NCBI GenBank assembly: GCA_051362555.1
Contig: CM120641.1
Location: 8,494,001 to 8,558,000, forward strand
From: Lingula anatina
Taxonomy: Eukaryota; Animalia; Brachiopoda
Direction: 5' to 3'
DNA length: 64,000 nucleotides
The notes under the pieces were generated by a model. It had not been told where the DNA came from. It saw only the letters and a list, made by a program, of their open reading frames with translations, and searched no databases. This document shows, piece after piece, positions 9,301 through 19,600 of the stretch (position 1 is its first letter; each line of letters begins with the position of its first letter). The translations under genes were made by a program, and so were the position numbers.

Positions 9301-11884
9301 ATCTCCAAAACTGGCTGAGATAGGTCCGTAGTTACTATTGAACTTGAATAGGAAGTCATATACTGGCATTATAAATGTGACATTAAAATTGACCTTTGTC
9401 CTACTTTTCACCATAAACTGAACTTTGCAAATTTTGCTTCCCTTTTATCTCCAAAACTGGCAGAGATAGGTCCATAGTTACTATTGAACTTGAATAGAAA
9501 GTCATATACTGGCAATCTAAATGTGACCTTGAAATTGACCTTTGACCTACTTTTCACCATGAACTGAATTTTGCAAATTTTGCTTCCTTTTTATCTCCAA
9601 AACTGGCTGAGATAGGTCCATAGTTACTATTGAAGTTGAATAGGAAGTCCTATACTGGCAATCTAAGTGTGACCTTGAAATTGACCTTTGACCTACGTTT
9701 TATCATGAACTGAACTCTGCTAATTTCTTTCTCTTTTAACTTCAAACTTGACAGAGATAGGTCCATAGTTACTCTTGAACTTGAATAGGAAGTCATATAC
9801 TGGCAATTTACTGTGACCTTGAAATTGACCCTTGACCTACCTTACGAAGAACTTAAATTTGATTGTACCATATATATTTTTTGCAATAGTTTAAAAATTC
9901 TTGTTGATTGCATTTTTACAGCTTGTCAAGCACAAAACTGGTAGCTGTGTCCCTTATTTTGTGTATGTGGGGGTCTATACGAATGCGTTTGCTCCAGCTG
10001 GTGGTACAATATTTGGAGGCGGTATCGCCTCTCTGATCCTCTAGTTTTATCTTATATATGTTAAAGGTTGAAGGCGAACCATCTAAAACCACAAAGTTCT
10101 TGGCTCTGGACAAATGTTTGCCTGGGAGAGATTTTTTACAGGTAATTTAAGAGGTATAGAAGTATCCTCATATTGGATGTATTAAGCAGGCTTACATGGT
10201 CATATTCTTTTATTCTTAAAAGGATAACAACTCTTCATGTGAGATCTATATTTCACTATAAAAACATTGTAAACAGTTCATAGAAATATAATATATACTA
10301 TTTTACCACAAAAACGGCAGTTAAAGCAATTATTCTGAAATCTGTGCATGCCATCGGACCATGTGACCTCCATAGATGGCTATATTGTGTAATAATCTCT
10401 TAAGAGGATCTTAAGAGATTATTACAAAAAAATAATCCACCTTGAGTTTCTCTATGCATAAGCATGTTTTACAAGTTCAGTCCTTTATCCATAAGAAATT
10501 AAAAAAGACATAAGTACCAATATCAATTAGTTGATTTTACTTATTTAGTATCCATTTTTCTTCCATGCACTGCATCAGTGATCAGCAAGCATTAAAAGTG
10601 TAGAACACTTTTTTATGATATTTAAAATTTTTCAGATATTAGATATTCCACATGACCCAGAACAGCCACTAGTTCTGCAGCATGATGCAGAGTGGCTGGC
10701 CATACTCAAGTCTACCAACCATTTGACACATATTCACCCTACACCACAGTACATGCCTGGGCCTGGATGTAATGACAGGTATTGTTACACAAGGACATAT
10801 AATTATGTTTATTTTTCCAAGTAGCAATGAATAAGGACAATACGGTTGCTTAGAACCCAACAGGTTCAGTAGTGAATTCTAAAATGAGTACATTTTGTGT
10901 TGTGGCATTTTGTAATGCTTCGTGCATGACTTGCATAATATGAATAACTTTGTATGAAAGGGGCCTTATGAAAGTTATGGCAGTCATATATACCCATTAT
11001 CATGCAGCTGTCAAGGATGAATTTTGCCTCGAAGTATCATGATCTTATTCAAACTTTATGATCTTTTTTCTAATTCCAGATATGATTTTACAGTTACCCA
11101 AGAAGAATTAAATGCATTAAAAGAGGATTTTGGAGGTGATTTTGCAATACCAGAAAACTTTGAACCCACTGTCCCAGTTTATGATCCCAATCAACCCAAG
11201 CAAAAAATGCCATCGCCACAGGTTCACATCAACCCACAGACAACACTGCTCTGCACCATGTTGGATATCACAGATCCCAATGCCGCTCTGTCAGGAAAGT
11301 CCAGCACGCTGGATATTGATGAACTTGAGGAAGTTGAAGAGGATGAGGAAGATTCATCAATTTGTTCAGCACTGGATACAACAACAGAAACCAGCATCTC
11401 CTTCACAAATCCAGATGAGATTGCTCTTGATGACCTAGAGGAAGATGACACTGATAGTGGGATTCCAGATTTGTCGTCTAATGCAGCTGATCTGTCAGCC
11501 GAAAGTGGACAGGATTCCCCCAAACCTCTGGCAAACTTATCCTTTGATTCTGACAGTGCTTCTGAGTCTACCAAGCTATTGACAAAGATGGCTTTGCCAG
11601 CTCCAAAATCTTCTGAAGATGGCAGCACAGCTGGGTCCTGCGACTCTGATAGTGCTGCAGAATCTTTAAATCCAAAAACTGGCCCAAACACTGAACTCAA
11701 AATTGGCAGCTCACCTCTGAGGTCCTTAGATTCCAGCAATGCAGACTCTGATAGTTCCTCCTCACCATCCACACGTAGACCACTGGATGTTGGGGAGGTT
11801 TCTCATGCACAGGGTCCATCAGTCAAAAAATTTAAGCGAAGAAACCAAGCTATGTACTCTGGAGATGATGATGAAGCTAGCTAG
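343..11884 (+). CDS. DBR1: RNA lariat debranching enzyme, 8 coding exons, 577 aa
   Basis: Exons 343-539, 724-845, 1089-1169, 1282-1367, 2455-2679, 10067-10141, 10636-10778, 11080-11884 join through GT-AG introns into one 1734-nt ORF. Motifs [50 protein letters not shown] and the C-terminal [11 protein letters not shown] are diagnostic of DBR1. An acceptor-like TAG at 325-327 suggests a 5' UTR exon upstream. Confidence 0.97.
2918..2971 (+). repeat. 9-bp microsatellite (CCGGCTCCG)n in the HINE head
   Basis: About 5-6 units here versus 1-2 units in the heads starting at 3717 and 7063. Confidence 0.9.
3634..3716. mobile_element. Truncated left arm of the palindromic MITE
   Basis: TA-CGGAAGCCCACTGGTGCCATA plus one palindrome (3671-3688); breaks off in an A/T run where the element head restarts at 3717. 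Confidence 0.8.
4451..4738. mobile_element. 288-bp MITE nested in HINE copy 1, TA-flanked, with internal palindromic minisatellite
   Basis: TIRs CGGAAGCCGACTGGTGCCATATGT / ACATATGGCACCAGTCGGCTTCCG, TA on both sides (4449-4450, 4739-4740); five copies of the palindrome ATCTCGAAATTTCGAGAT at 4488, 4538, 4587, 4634, 4683. Superfamily not determined. Confidence 0.85.
4992..6560 (+). repeat. 146-bp tandem array 1 (10 full monomers plus a partial 11th)
   Basis: ATCTCCAAAACTGG recurs at 4992, 5138, 5284, 5430, 5576, 5722, 5868, 6014, 6160, 6306, 6452. Confidence 0.97.
7063..10044 (+). mobile_element. Non-autonomous Helentron-type element, copy 2 (lacks an internal segment, longer array)
   Basis: Same 5' hairpin at 7063, same 3' subTIR (9997-10008), hairpin (10016-10031) and CTAG (10041-10044); about 937 bp present in copy 1 is absent at the junction 7192-7194. 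Confidence 0.85.
7402..9845 (+). repeat. 146-bp tandem array 2 (16 monomers plus a degenerate partial 17th)
   Basis: Monomer starts 7402, 7548, 7694 ... 8716, 8863 (1-bp insertion) ... 9301, 9447, 9593 and about 9739. Confidence 0.97.
10205..10430 (+). repeat. Interspersed repeat, copy A, ending in a long hairpin (probable DNA-transposon relic)
   Basis: Aligns by eye with the reverse complement of 14185-14395 (shared TAAAAACATTGT, CATAGAAATATAAT, AAAACGGCAGTTA, TGACCTCCAT, TAATCTCTTAAGAG). Confidence 0.75.
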
Positions 11885-13185
11885 TAGATTTTAGAATATG
11901 GCTGCATAAAGTAATATGCAAAATATTCTACAACACGTATTACCCTTTGATTTTAGAATTATTGAATGGTAAAGAATTCATCAGTTTCATTGTGCCCTGT
12001 GGGCGTGAATTGTCTTTTTTATCAACTTTCTACTAGAAAATTACAGCAGTGAATATTATGCTGTTTTCAAAAATAAGTTAAAGGCTCATGATGCTGGCAA
12101 CATTTCTTAATCTCTCAGAAACATGGATTTGGCACCAATAGAAATGCAATAGCCAAGAGATAGATGATTTTAATGTTTTGAATCATTTCTTTCTGGAGGC
12201 TGGCCTTCTGTGAATAATTATGCATATAAATATTGGTCAAAGACGGCATGTGCATCAGATTTTAAACATTTTTTTATTTTCTCTGTCAGGGCAGCACTGC
12301 TGATATGCATTATTTCAGTTAGTTGAAGAATATTTTATCCTCTTCATTTATACTTTATAGTGGAAGTCCAAATATGACTTCTGCTGTCTTTGCAGTGATA
12401 TTCTGTCACTTCATATATATGTATGTATGCTACAGGCAAGACTTTATTGAGAAATTTGTGGTTTACTGAAGCCTACAAACACAGAATGGATAATTTAGTA
12501 TTTTATTGAGATCAAAAGACACGCTTTGTGTCTTTAATTTATGTAATTTAAATTTGAAAGTAAATTTATACACCGTTTAATAAGAAGTTTTACATTTAGT
12601 AGGGTATAGAGAAAAGGACAAAGGTTGTTGCAATATCATAATTACGGTGAATACAGGTCATCTTATGACAAATGACAAGGAAAGTAAACAACCAAAATAA
12701 ACATGCATTTTTAAATGTCAAACCTTCTTTATAGTTATATTCCAACAATAAGAATATTACACTTGTGTCACAATGCCCCTTTTGCTAATTTGGTTTTTTA
12801 AAAAAAGTAGGAATGTCATCTTTACTTTTGCCTTCCTCCTTAAAGCAAGCAATGTTTCAATTTGAATATTTGTATTGCATATGGTCTTTGGTAACTTAAA
12901 TATCACAGTTAAGCTGTCAGCCAATGTTGAAAGAAATTTGACAATTAAAAAGTATGCTTGCAAAATTCAAATATATCACAGCATTTAATAAGCAGTACTT
13001 TAATGGCAGCTCACGGGCCAAAAATGACTTTTACTAGAAAGCCTTGCAGTGGCAGCGGTGAAGTGAAAGATACCATTCTAACACCCACCTAAAGAAGGAC
13101 AAGTATAATAATAGTAATGGTACTTGCAAGGTTCAATTTATGCACATTCCTTTTTTTTTTCACATCAAGTCCCAACATCTTCCAA

Positions 13186-16100
13186 CTAATGTGTTTCAGA
13201 TTGTCCAATTTGAGTAGTTTTGTCTTCAGTAACATCCCGCGAGTCCAAGTCTTCAAAACTCTCTCCACCATAGCTACATTCACTGGAAGCTTTCACCTGT
13301 GTATTTCCAAAACTGACACTCCTCTTTCTAGGTGAATTAAATGAAGCAGTCTTCGTTTTAGATATTTTAGTCATTTTCCAGGAATTGCAGTTTTTGGGCT
13401 TAAATCCATGTATTTCTTCCATTTCCCTCTCGTATTCCAGTTTGTTTAAAACTTTGTTGCCCTGTTGCCTAAGAAGGCCTATGAGTTTGACATTTTCATG
13501 CTGCAGCCTCTGCGACTGATTTTTCAATTTGGCATTGTCTACTTTGAGTTGCTCATAGTGGTCACCATGAAAACTGAAAAATTATGAAAATATGCCAAAA
13601 TAGCCATTAATTTTCTCACAAATAAAATTGACAAATGCTATTTATATCAGATCTGTAATTATTTAGTACTAATTGTTTAGAACTCTTTAGTACTAAATCT
13701 ACATGTTTTAGGCTTATTTTAAATGGTTGGTTTTCACTTAACACAAAATTCATTCATATATTATTTTTAAAAAGGAACCTCACTTTAAAATTCAGTTGAA
13801 ATTATGCTAACCAATGTGGATGCAATCTCATCATTTTGACGATTAAACACAGTTAACTTACTTTTGTAACTGTTGAATGAGCTTATAATTGTCTTGGTGA
13901 GCTTTAAGCAATTGGTTCCTAAGTGTTTCAATTTCCTTTTCTTTCTCCTCCATAACTTTTCCCATGCGGATTAGTTGCTGTGACGGAGACGTGAAACTGT
14001 CACCATTTCCACCTGCTGGTCGGATCCATTGAAAGTCTTGTTTTCTAGAAAAGGAAAACATTTTGTTGGCCAAAAAATGAATTTTCCTGGAGTAAACAAC
14101 AATTTTCCCATATTTACCAATGGCTAGTGAATCCATTTTTACATTCAAAGTTAGTCCCTGTTTTTTTTCTAAAAAGTTTGTTTTTTGTTAAAATCTCTTA
14201 AGAGATTATAACAGAGTATAGCCATCAATGGAGGTCATGTGGTCTGAAGACAAGCTCAGATATCAAAATAATAGCTATAACTGCCGTTTTTCTTGTACAA
14301 CAGAATATATTATATTTCTATGAGTTGTTCACAATGTTTTTATTGTTAAATATAGGTCTCATACGAAGAGTTATTATCCCTTTAAAGAATAAACAGTTTC
14401 TTTCATTATATATATATCGTCAGAGTAATTGCAACCCTTTTCAGAAATGAGAATGTTGAAGTCACCAACAGACAGTCTTACCTTAAATATTTTTTAGAAT
14501 ACTAATTAATTAAAAGGCAAATTTAACACGAGTGCCTTTTCTGGAGTTTGATTTTTGTGTAATCTTCCACTCTATAACTCCTTGGTATTTGGCTACTTAC
14601 AATTTATTAATGTTCACTTTGCTGGGTCCAGACCAGTTGGTGTATCTTGCTGGACTGTCCTTGGCTAGGCTGGAAAAGGGTCTCTCAACCACTGGGGGCT
14701 GTTTCAAGGCTTCCTAAAGTATATTTCAAAATTTTCTCATATTAATACTATAAAGAGAAAAATTAAGCAATTAAACTATTTTCAAAATATTTTCATTAAA
14801 AGCCATATAAATTTTCTATTGACATTTTTTTCTTACTTGCGCAGTGGATGAATTTTATCTTACTTTTGTCACAACGCTGACATTATCTCCCCCTCCATTG
14901 TCTTCATCTGAGAAATCGTCAGAGTAATTGCCATCCAATGCCTAGAATAAATGGAGAAAAGTAGTCAATTACTTAAAGGGTACATCAAACAGAACTTGGT
15001 ATAAAGACAACATATTTCAATAATTTTATAAAATTGAATTTAAAAATTATAAAAACAATGTTCCACAAGTTTTTTTTTTTTTCTTTTTTCAAAATGCCAT
15101 TTTGCCCACCCAAATATCTTAATTGCCCTAGGTAAGCAAATTGTACATTTCTTTAATATTGTCTCACCTCTTTATTTACTTCTATTTTGGCAGTTTTTTG
15201 CAACTCTGTCTGTTTTTCTTTGTTCTTCATCAATTTGGTCACCTATAAAGGCAGATATACATCTATGTATTGCTTTCCCTTCCAGGTTTGGTGTCTATGC
15301 TTTCCTTTCCAGTTTTGATGTTGAATTCTTTTACTTATTAAAATTTGTTATTATGTCTATGCTTTCACTTCCAATAGTTCCACAAGCTCAATGTAAATCT
15401 AAAACTTCTATAATTTCTATACCTTTGATTAACTTTGTTACCTTTTCAAATGAACGTCCCTGGGTTTTGAACTGAATATATAAAAGGTAAGAGAAGATTA
15501 TCACAATAGTCATGTCCAAGGCACATAATGAATCGCATATCTTGCAAATGTTTTCAAATTAAATCTTTAAAGAAATTAGTCTTTGAAATGAACTACAGAT
15601 TGCATTATTTTCATACATTTACATTGTTTTTTTATTTTTAATGTGGGAATGGGTTACCTTGCTCAAGGTTGTTGGAGTTAAAATAGGTCCTCTCCATCCT
15701 TTTTTCTCTTTATCAAATTTATATAAGTCTACTTCATCCGGGTTCTTTGCAAGCAATAGGAGTAAAAAGCAGAATCTTTTATGTTTAAATAGCAATCATT
15801 ATAATTTTCCGTCATAATATACCTTTGTAACAGCAGTTGCCACAGAAATTGGCCCCCTCCATCCTTTAGTACTCTTGTCATATTTGAACATATCTACTTG
15901 GTCTTTATTCTGTGAAATAAACAAGGAAATAATAGAAAGACACGCCAAACAAAATCAGCAACTGAATGAAAGCACCATGTCTTTTTCTTTAAGTTCCTTA
16001 TATTGATAACTCTTCTTGTGGACATCTCTCTCTCTTTCTCATACCCTTACATACCCATCCATATATTCACTATGTACCAAAACTAATGCATAGCAAATAA

Positions 16101-18134
16101 AATGTAATACAACAAACAAATAGAATAGGAATAGATCAGATTTAAACAAAATGAACAGCCCAATGAATCAGGTAAAAGTGTCAATGTGTATTAATTTAAT
16201 AATAAACTTATTCCATACATTTATTCTTAATAGTTGGTTTCATGTTTATGCCCAGATCTTATGAATAAATAATTAAGAACAGCTTGTGGCAACTTTTGAT
16301 TTTAAATGTCAATGAATTCAAAAAGCACAAAATTACTATCCTTGTTTTGAACTGCAATTCAATTAAGTAAAAATGCAAGTTGTTCACAAAACAGTACACA
16401 TGCATTGACAAAATGAAAAATGAAAAAAAAAGTGGCTCTAAAACCGAGAAAACGTTTTCATTTGATGTGAATAATTTTGGGATAAAATCCTCTGTATATA
16501 ATATCAAATGCCTTATCTACCAAAATCAATTTCAATAATTTTTACATGCAAGAAATAATAAAACTTGTTGGAAAGTACCTCAGCAATGAGCCTGCACCCT
16601 TATTCAAAATATTGACATGAATATTTATGAGACCTATTCAAGAGTTTAAATCTAGTTGGCAAACTCCTAAATTTTGGCAAAGGCCTTTGCATTTGATTAA
16701 CATGACATAACATATAAGATATAAGTGAATTTGGGAAACTGTTCAAATATTAACAGTCTCCTATGAATGGCATTATTATTCTGCATTCCAAAAGGTCATT
16801 TATTTAGGCAGGCTTGTATCTGAAGTGTGCTGTTATATTGGGTTCTCTTATTGACACTCATTTATCAGGGGTAAATATTCTACATCAATACCTCTACTAA
16901 GTGCTACCCAAATGTAAGTTCAATAAAATCAATTGTTCGAGTGACTAGCGCTTAAGACTTATGCCTGGGCTATTGGTTACATTCTGATACTGAAAGGCAG
17001 TATCCCTATAAATTTTTAATTCCTTGGATCAATAATTTCCTTAGTGATGTCTGAACTTCTGCACCTAAAAATAAAATTCAACACAAAGATTATGCATAAA
17101 GAATACTTAATGTAATTAAGAAAACCTTGACAATGCTGAAAGGAGGTGATTCCATTTTAAATGTAGACTTCCAATTGTAATAGTCAGATTTGTGTGATTA
17201 TAAACAGAGTAGACTTTTTCAACTATCAACTTCTTAGAATTCCTTAAGTTACATTCCATAATGTGCCAAAATATATACATTAACTGTATCAAAATTTTTT
17301 TCATGTTTCATATTTTGTCCAAAGAACACCTGACTCAAAAAATAACCATGCATGTGTATAAATTCAACCATTTTTCATCTGTTGAACAATACAGCCTGTA
17401 CCATTCTCATTTAGCTCTGGCAGTTATAAGTGTTTGCTGTGTCTAAGGCAAGCTTCAACTCCACAACTGACAACTTAACTATGGCCTTTAAGAAAACTCT
17501 TTCACGATACAAAGTAACCAAATATTGACCTGTCCCCTAAGTAGTACTTGGTATGGATTAACTGGCAAATCTGGTCTACAAGCACGCAAGCAGTCACAAA
17601 GGTTTTTTTTATATAAGAAATAAAATAAAAATACTTCAACTTTGTTGACATATAAAAAAATAAACCCTGCTTATGAATCGTGTATCTATGCCATGTGGTC
17701 CTCCGCAGTATAGAAAAATATTTTATTTTTTGACATTATCTTAATCCAAAACTTGTTGAATTGCACTTGTCTGAAGCTAATATTTCAATTCCCGAGGTCT
17801 TACTTCAGACCAGTGTTTCAGTCTCTTCAGATCAGCCAATAAACAAATTTGTATGTGTATCTTTAAAGTATCATGATATTTTCTTCTTGGTGAGTTTGAA
17901 CATTAGGAAAATAACAAAAGCACATTGAAAAGCTATTTCCTATATAAAAGAGTTTACACTGTACTTTCAAACTGGTTACTGCCTCAGCACACATATGTAG
18001 GAAATTTTGTCACTGCAATATTTTTCAAAAGATATACCTACAAAATACGATTGTGTTTCTTTTGCCTTTGGTGGACTCTCCCACTCCATTTTGTCATGTT
18101 TTCCCTGTTTAGGCATTCTGTGGACGTCTTTCAT
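13186..18134 (-). CDS. Uncharacterised protein with a duplicated 29-aa motif, acidic patch and C-terminal coiled coil (about 377 aa)
   Basis: Minus-strand exons 15909-15823, 15744-15658, 15471-15442, 15242-15168, 14941-14864, 14713-14601, 14044-13862, 13573-13186 have GT-AG boundaries and compatible phases, giving an open frame to the stop at 13186. The first coding exon 18134-18042 (MKDVHRMPKQG...) is less certain. Heptad-like EKEKEIETLRNQLLKAHQDNYKLIQQLQ and YEQLKVDNAKLKNQSQRLQHENVKL. Confidence 0.72.
14185..14395 (-). repeat. Interspersed repeat, copy B (inverted relative to copy A)
   Basis: Diverged reverse-complement match to 10205-10430; contains the palindrome AATCTCTTAAGAGATT at about 14192-14207. 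Confidence 0.75.
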
Positions 18135-19029
18135 TCCCAACTCAGTATATGGTTGTAATAATGGAATCTGACTACTGAAAAATAAAATTAACAAAACTGA
18201 TATAAATCTTTTACTAAATAATATCTGGTCTATCTGGAGTCTCAGACACCTTTTAAATTCTATCTGACAGTTGCTCAAATGATGTCTTTTTCATATATAC
18301 CCCAGTGCTAACAACATTTGCAGAAGCATTCAATGCCAACAATCACCTTGTCAACATAAAGTAAAAGAAAAAGTAGTGCAGCATGAACTCATAAATATCA
18401 AGTTTCATATCCAAATATTTCTAAAATGAATGTTGGTGGCAAATATTACTAACGAAAGCAGAAGAAAGCAAAACAGTATGTTCCCTTATTACATCTGGAT
18501 CCATTATTTGATTAAATTTTTTAAAGTACACCAAATAAATAACTGTATTTTAAATTTTTGGAACATAACTATTAGTAGGAAATTAAAATTATTTCATTTA
18601 AAACCACATATGGTTATTTATCCCAAAACTTCCACAATACAATATCTCTCTCTCTCTCCCTCTCTCTTATTCTGACCACATGGAAAAACTTTCACTTGTT
18701 TCAGTTTTACTACTAGGATCATTATACTGATAATTCATATTCAATCTTCATTATCTACTAGTAAGTTCAAATTATTTAGTTATCTGGAAAAATAAAAAAA
18801 TCTACTTATCATAAAATTTATTTTCTCTGTAAAATGCGTTAAAATCACCCTTATTATATACCTCGTAATTACATATGTAATTTCCTTAATTGCTTTAAGT
18901 AAAATAAAAACTTAAAAAGAAAAAAACATATTTGAAAATGTGTTTTTAAGAGGATTTTGTTTCTTTAATCATCTTATAATTCATTCAAAGTTACAAAGCG
19001 GCAGCTTATAGTAAACCAAGTGTGCGACT

Positions 19030-19600
19030 CACCTTTACACAGCAGTATCAACGTATCGCATCTCACAGGTGCGATATGTTTACGCTTACCCGCCTTGCGA
19101 ATTGTGCCCTTCAACACCAAACATCAACAAAACGTTCCTCCGCTCTTCTAAAAATAGTGCCATTTTCACCAGATAAATGCATGTTTATAAAATTATTCTG
19201 TGAACATTTACATAAGCACTATGATTATATGAGTATTTCTGTCTATTAATTCCGTATTGTTATATTCAATATTATGCATTTTAATCCAGCACAAATATAA
19301 TATTCCTCCGCAAATATATAAGGTCAAGTTCATCAGAACGACCTTGAAAGCCAACATTTTTTCATTATAATAAAGCTATTTAGGACAACAACTTGTCGTA
19401 AAATACTCTTTTGTTTGATATTTATCATTAAAGTAATTGTCAGCTTCCCCTCATGAAGTCAATTTCTAATCATAGCCCTTATCACGTGACACCTAGTTCC
19501 TCCCTTCCGCCATATTGGCCGGCTTCACATGGAAGTTTAGGGAAACTTTCAAAGTTTTTGTTTAACCTTAGAGAGTGAAAAAATAATTTAAGTGACAAAA
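19030..19600. promoter_or_regulatory. Probable bidirectional promoter between the unknown gene and ARP3
   Basis: Local CpG enrichment; minus-strand donor-like sites (CTCAC about 19029-19033, CTTAC about 19085-19089); E-box TCACGTGA 19482-19489, ETS-like CTTCCG 19504-19509, YY1-like CCGCCATATT 19507-19516, ATTGG 19514-19518. Confidence 0.55.

Noticed and set aside
7502-9414. Repeated minus-strand ORFs ([10 protein letters not shown]..., MVKSRSKV...)
   Set aside because: Translation artefacts of the 146-bp array, whose period is not a multiple of 3.
7402-9845. 5-monomer higher-order repeat in array 2 suggested by 730-bp ORF offsets
   Set aside because: Diagnostic variants do not recur consistently at five-monomer spacing.
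11130-11772. 102-aa alternative-frame ORF and 182-aa antisense ORF over the DBR1 last exon
   Set aside because: Shadow ORFs of a low-complexity acidic/Ser-rich coding exon.
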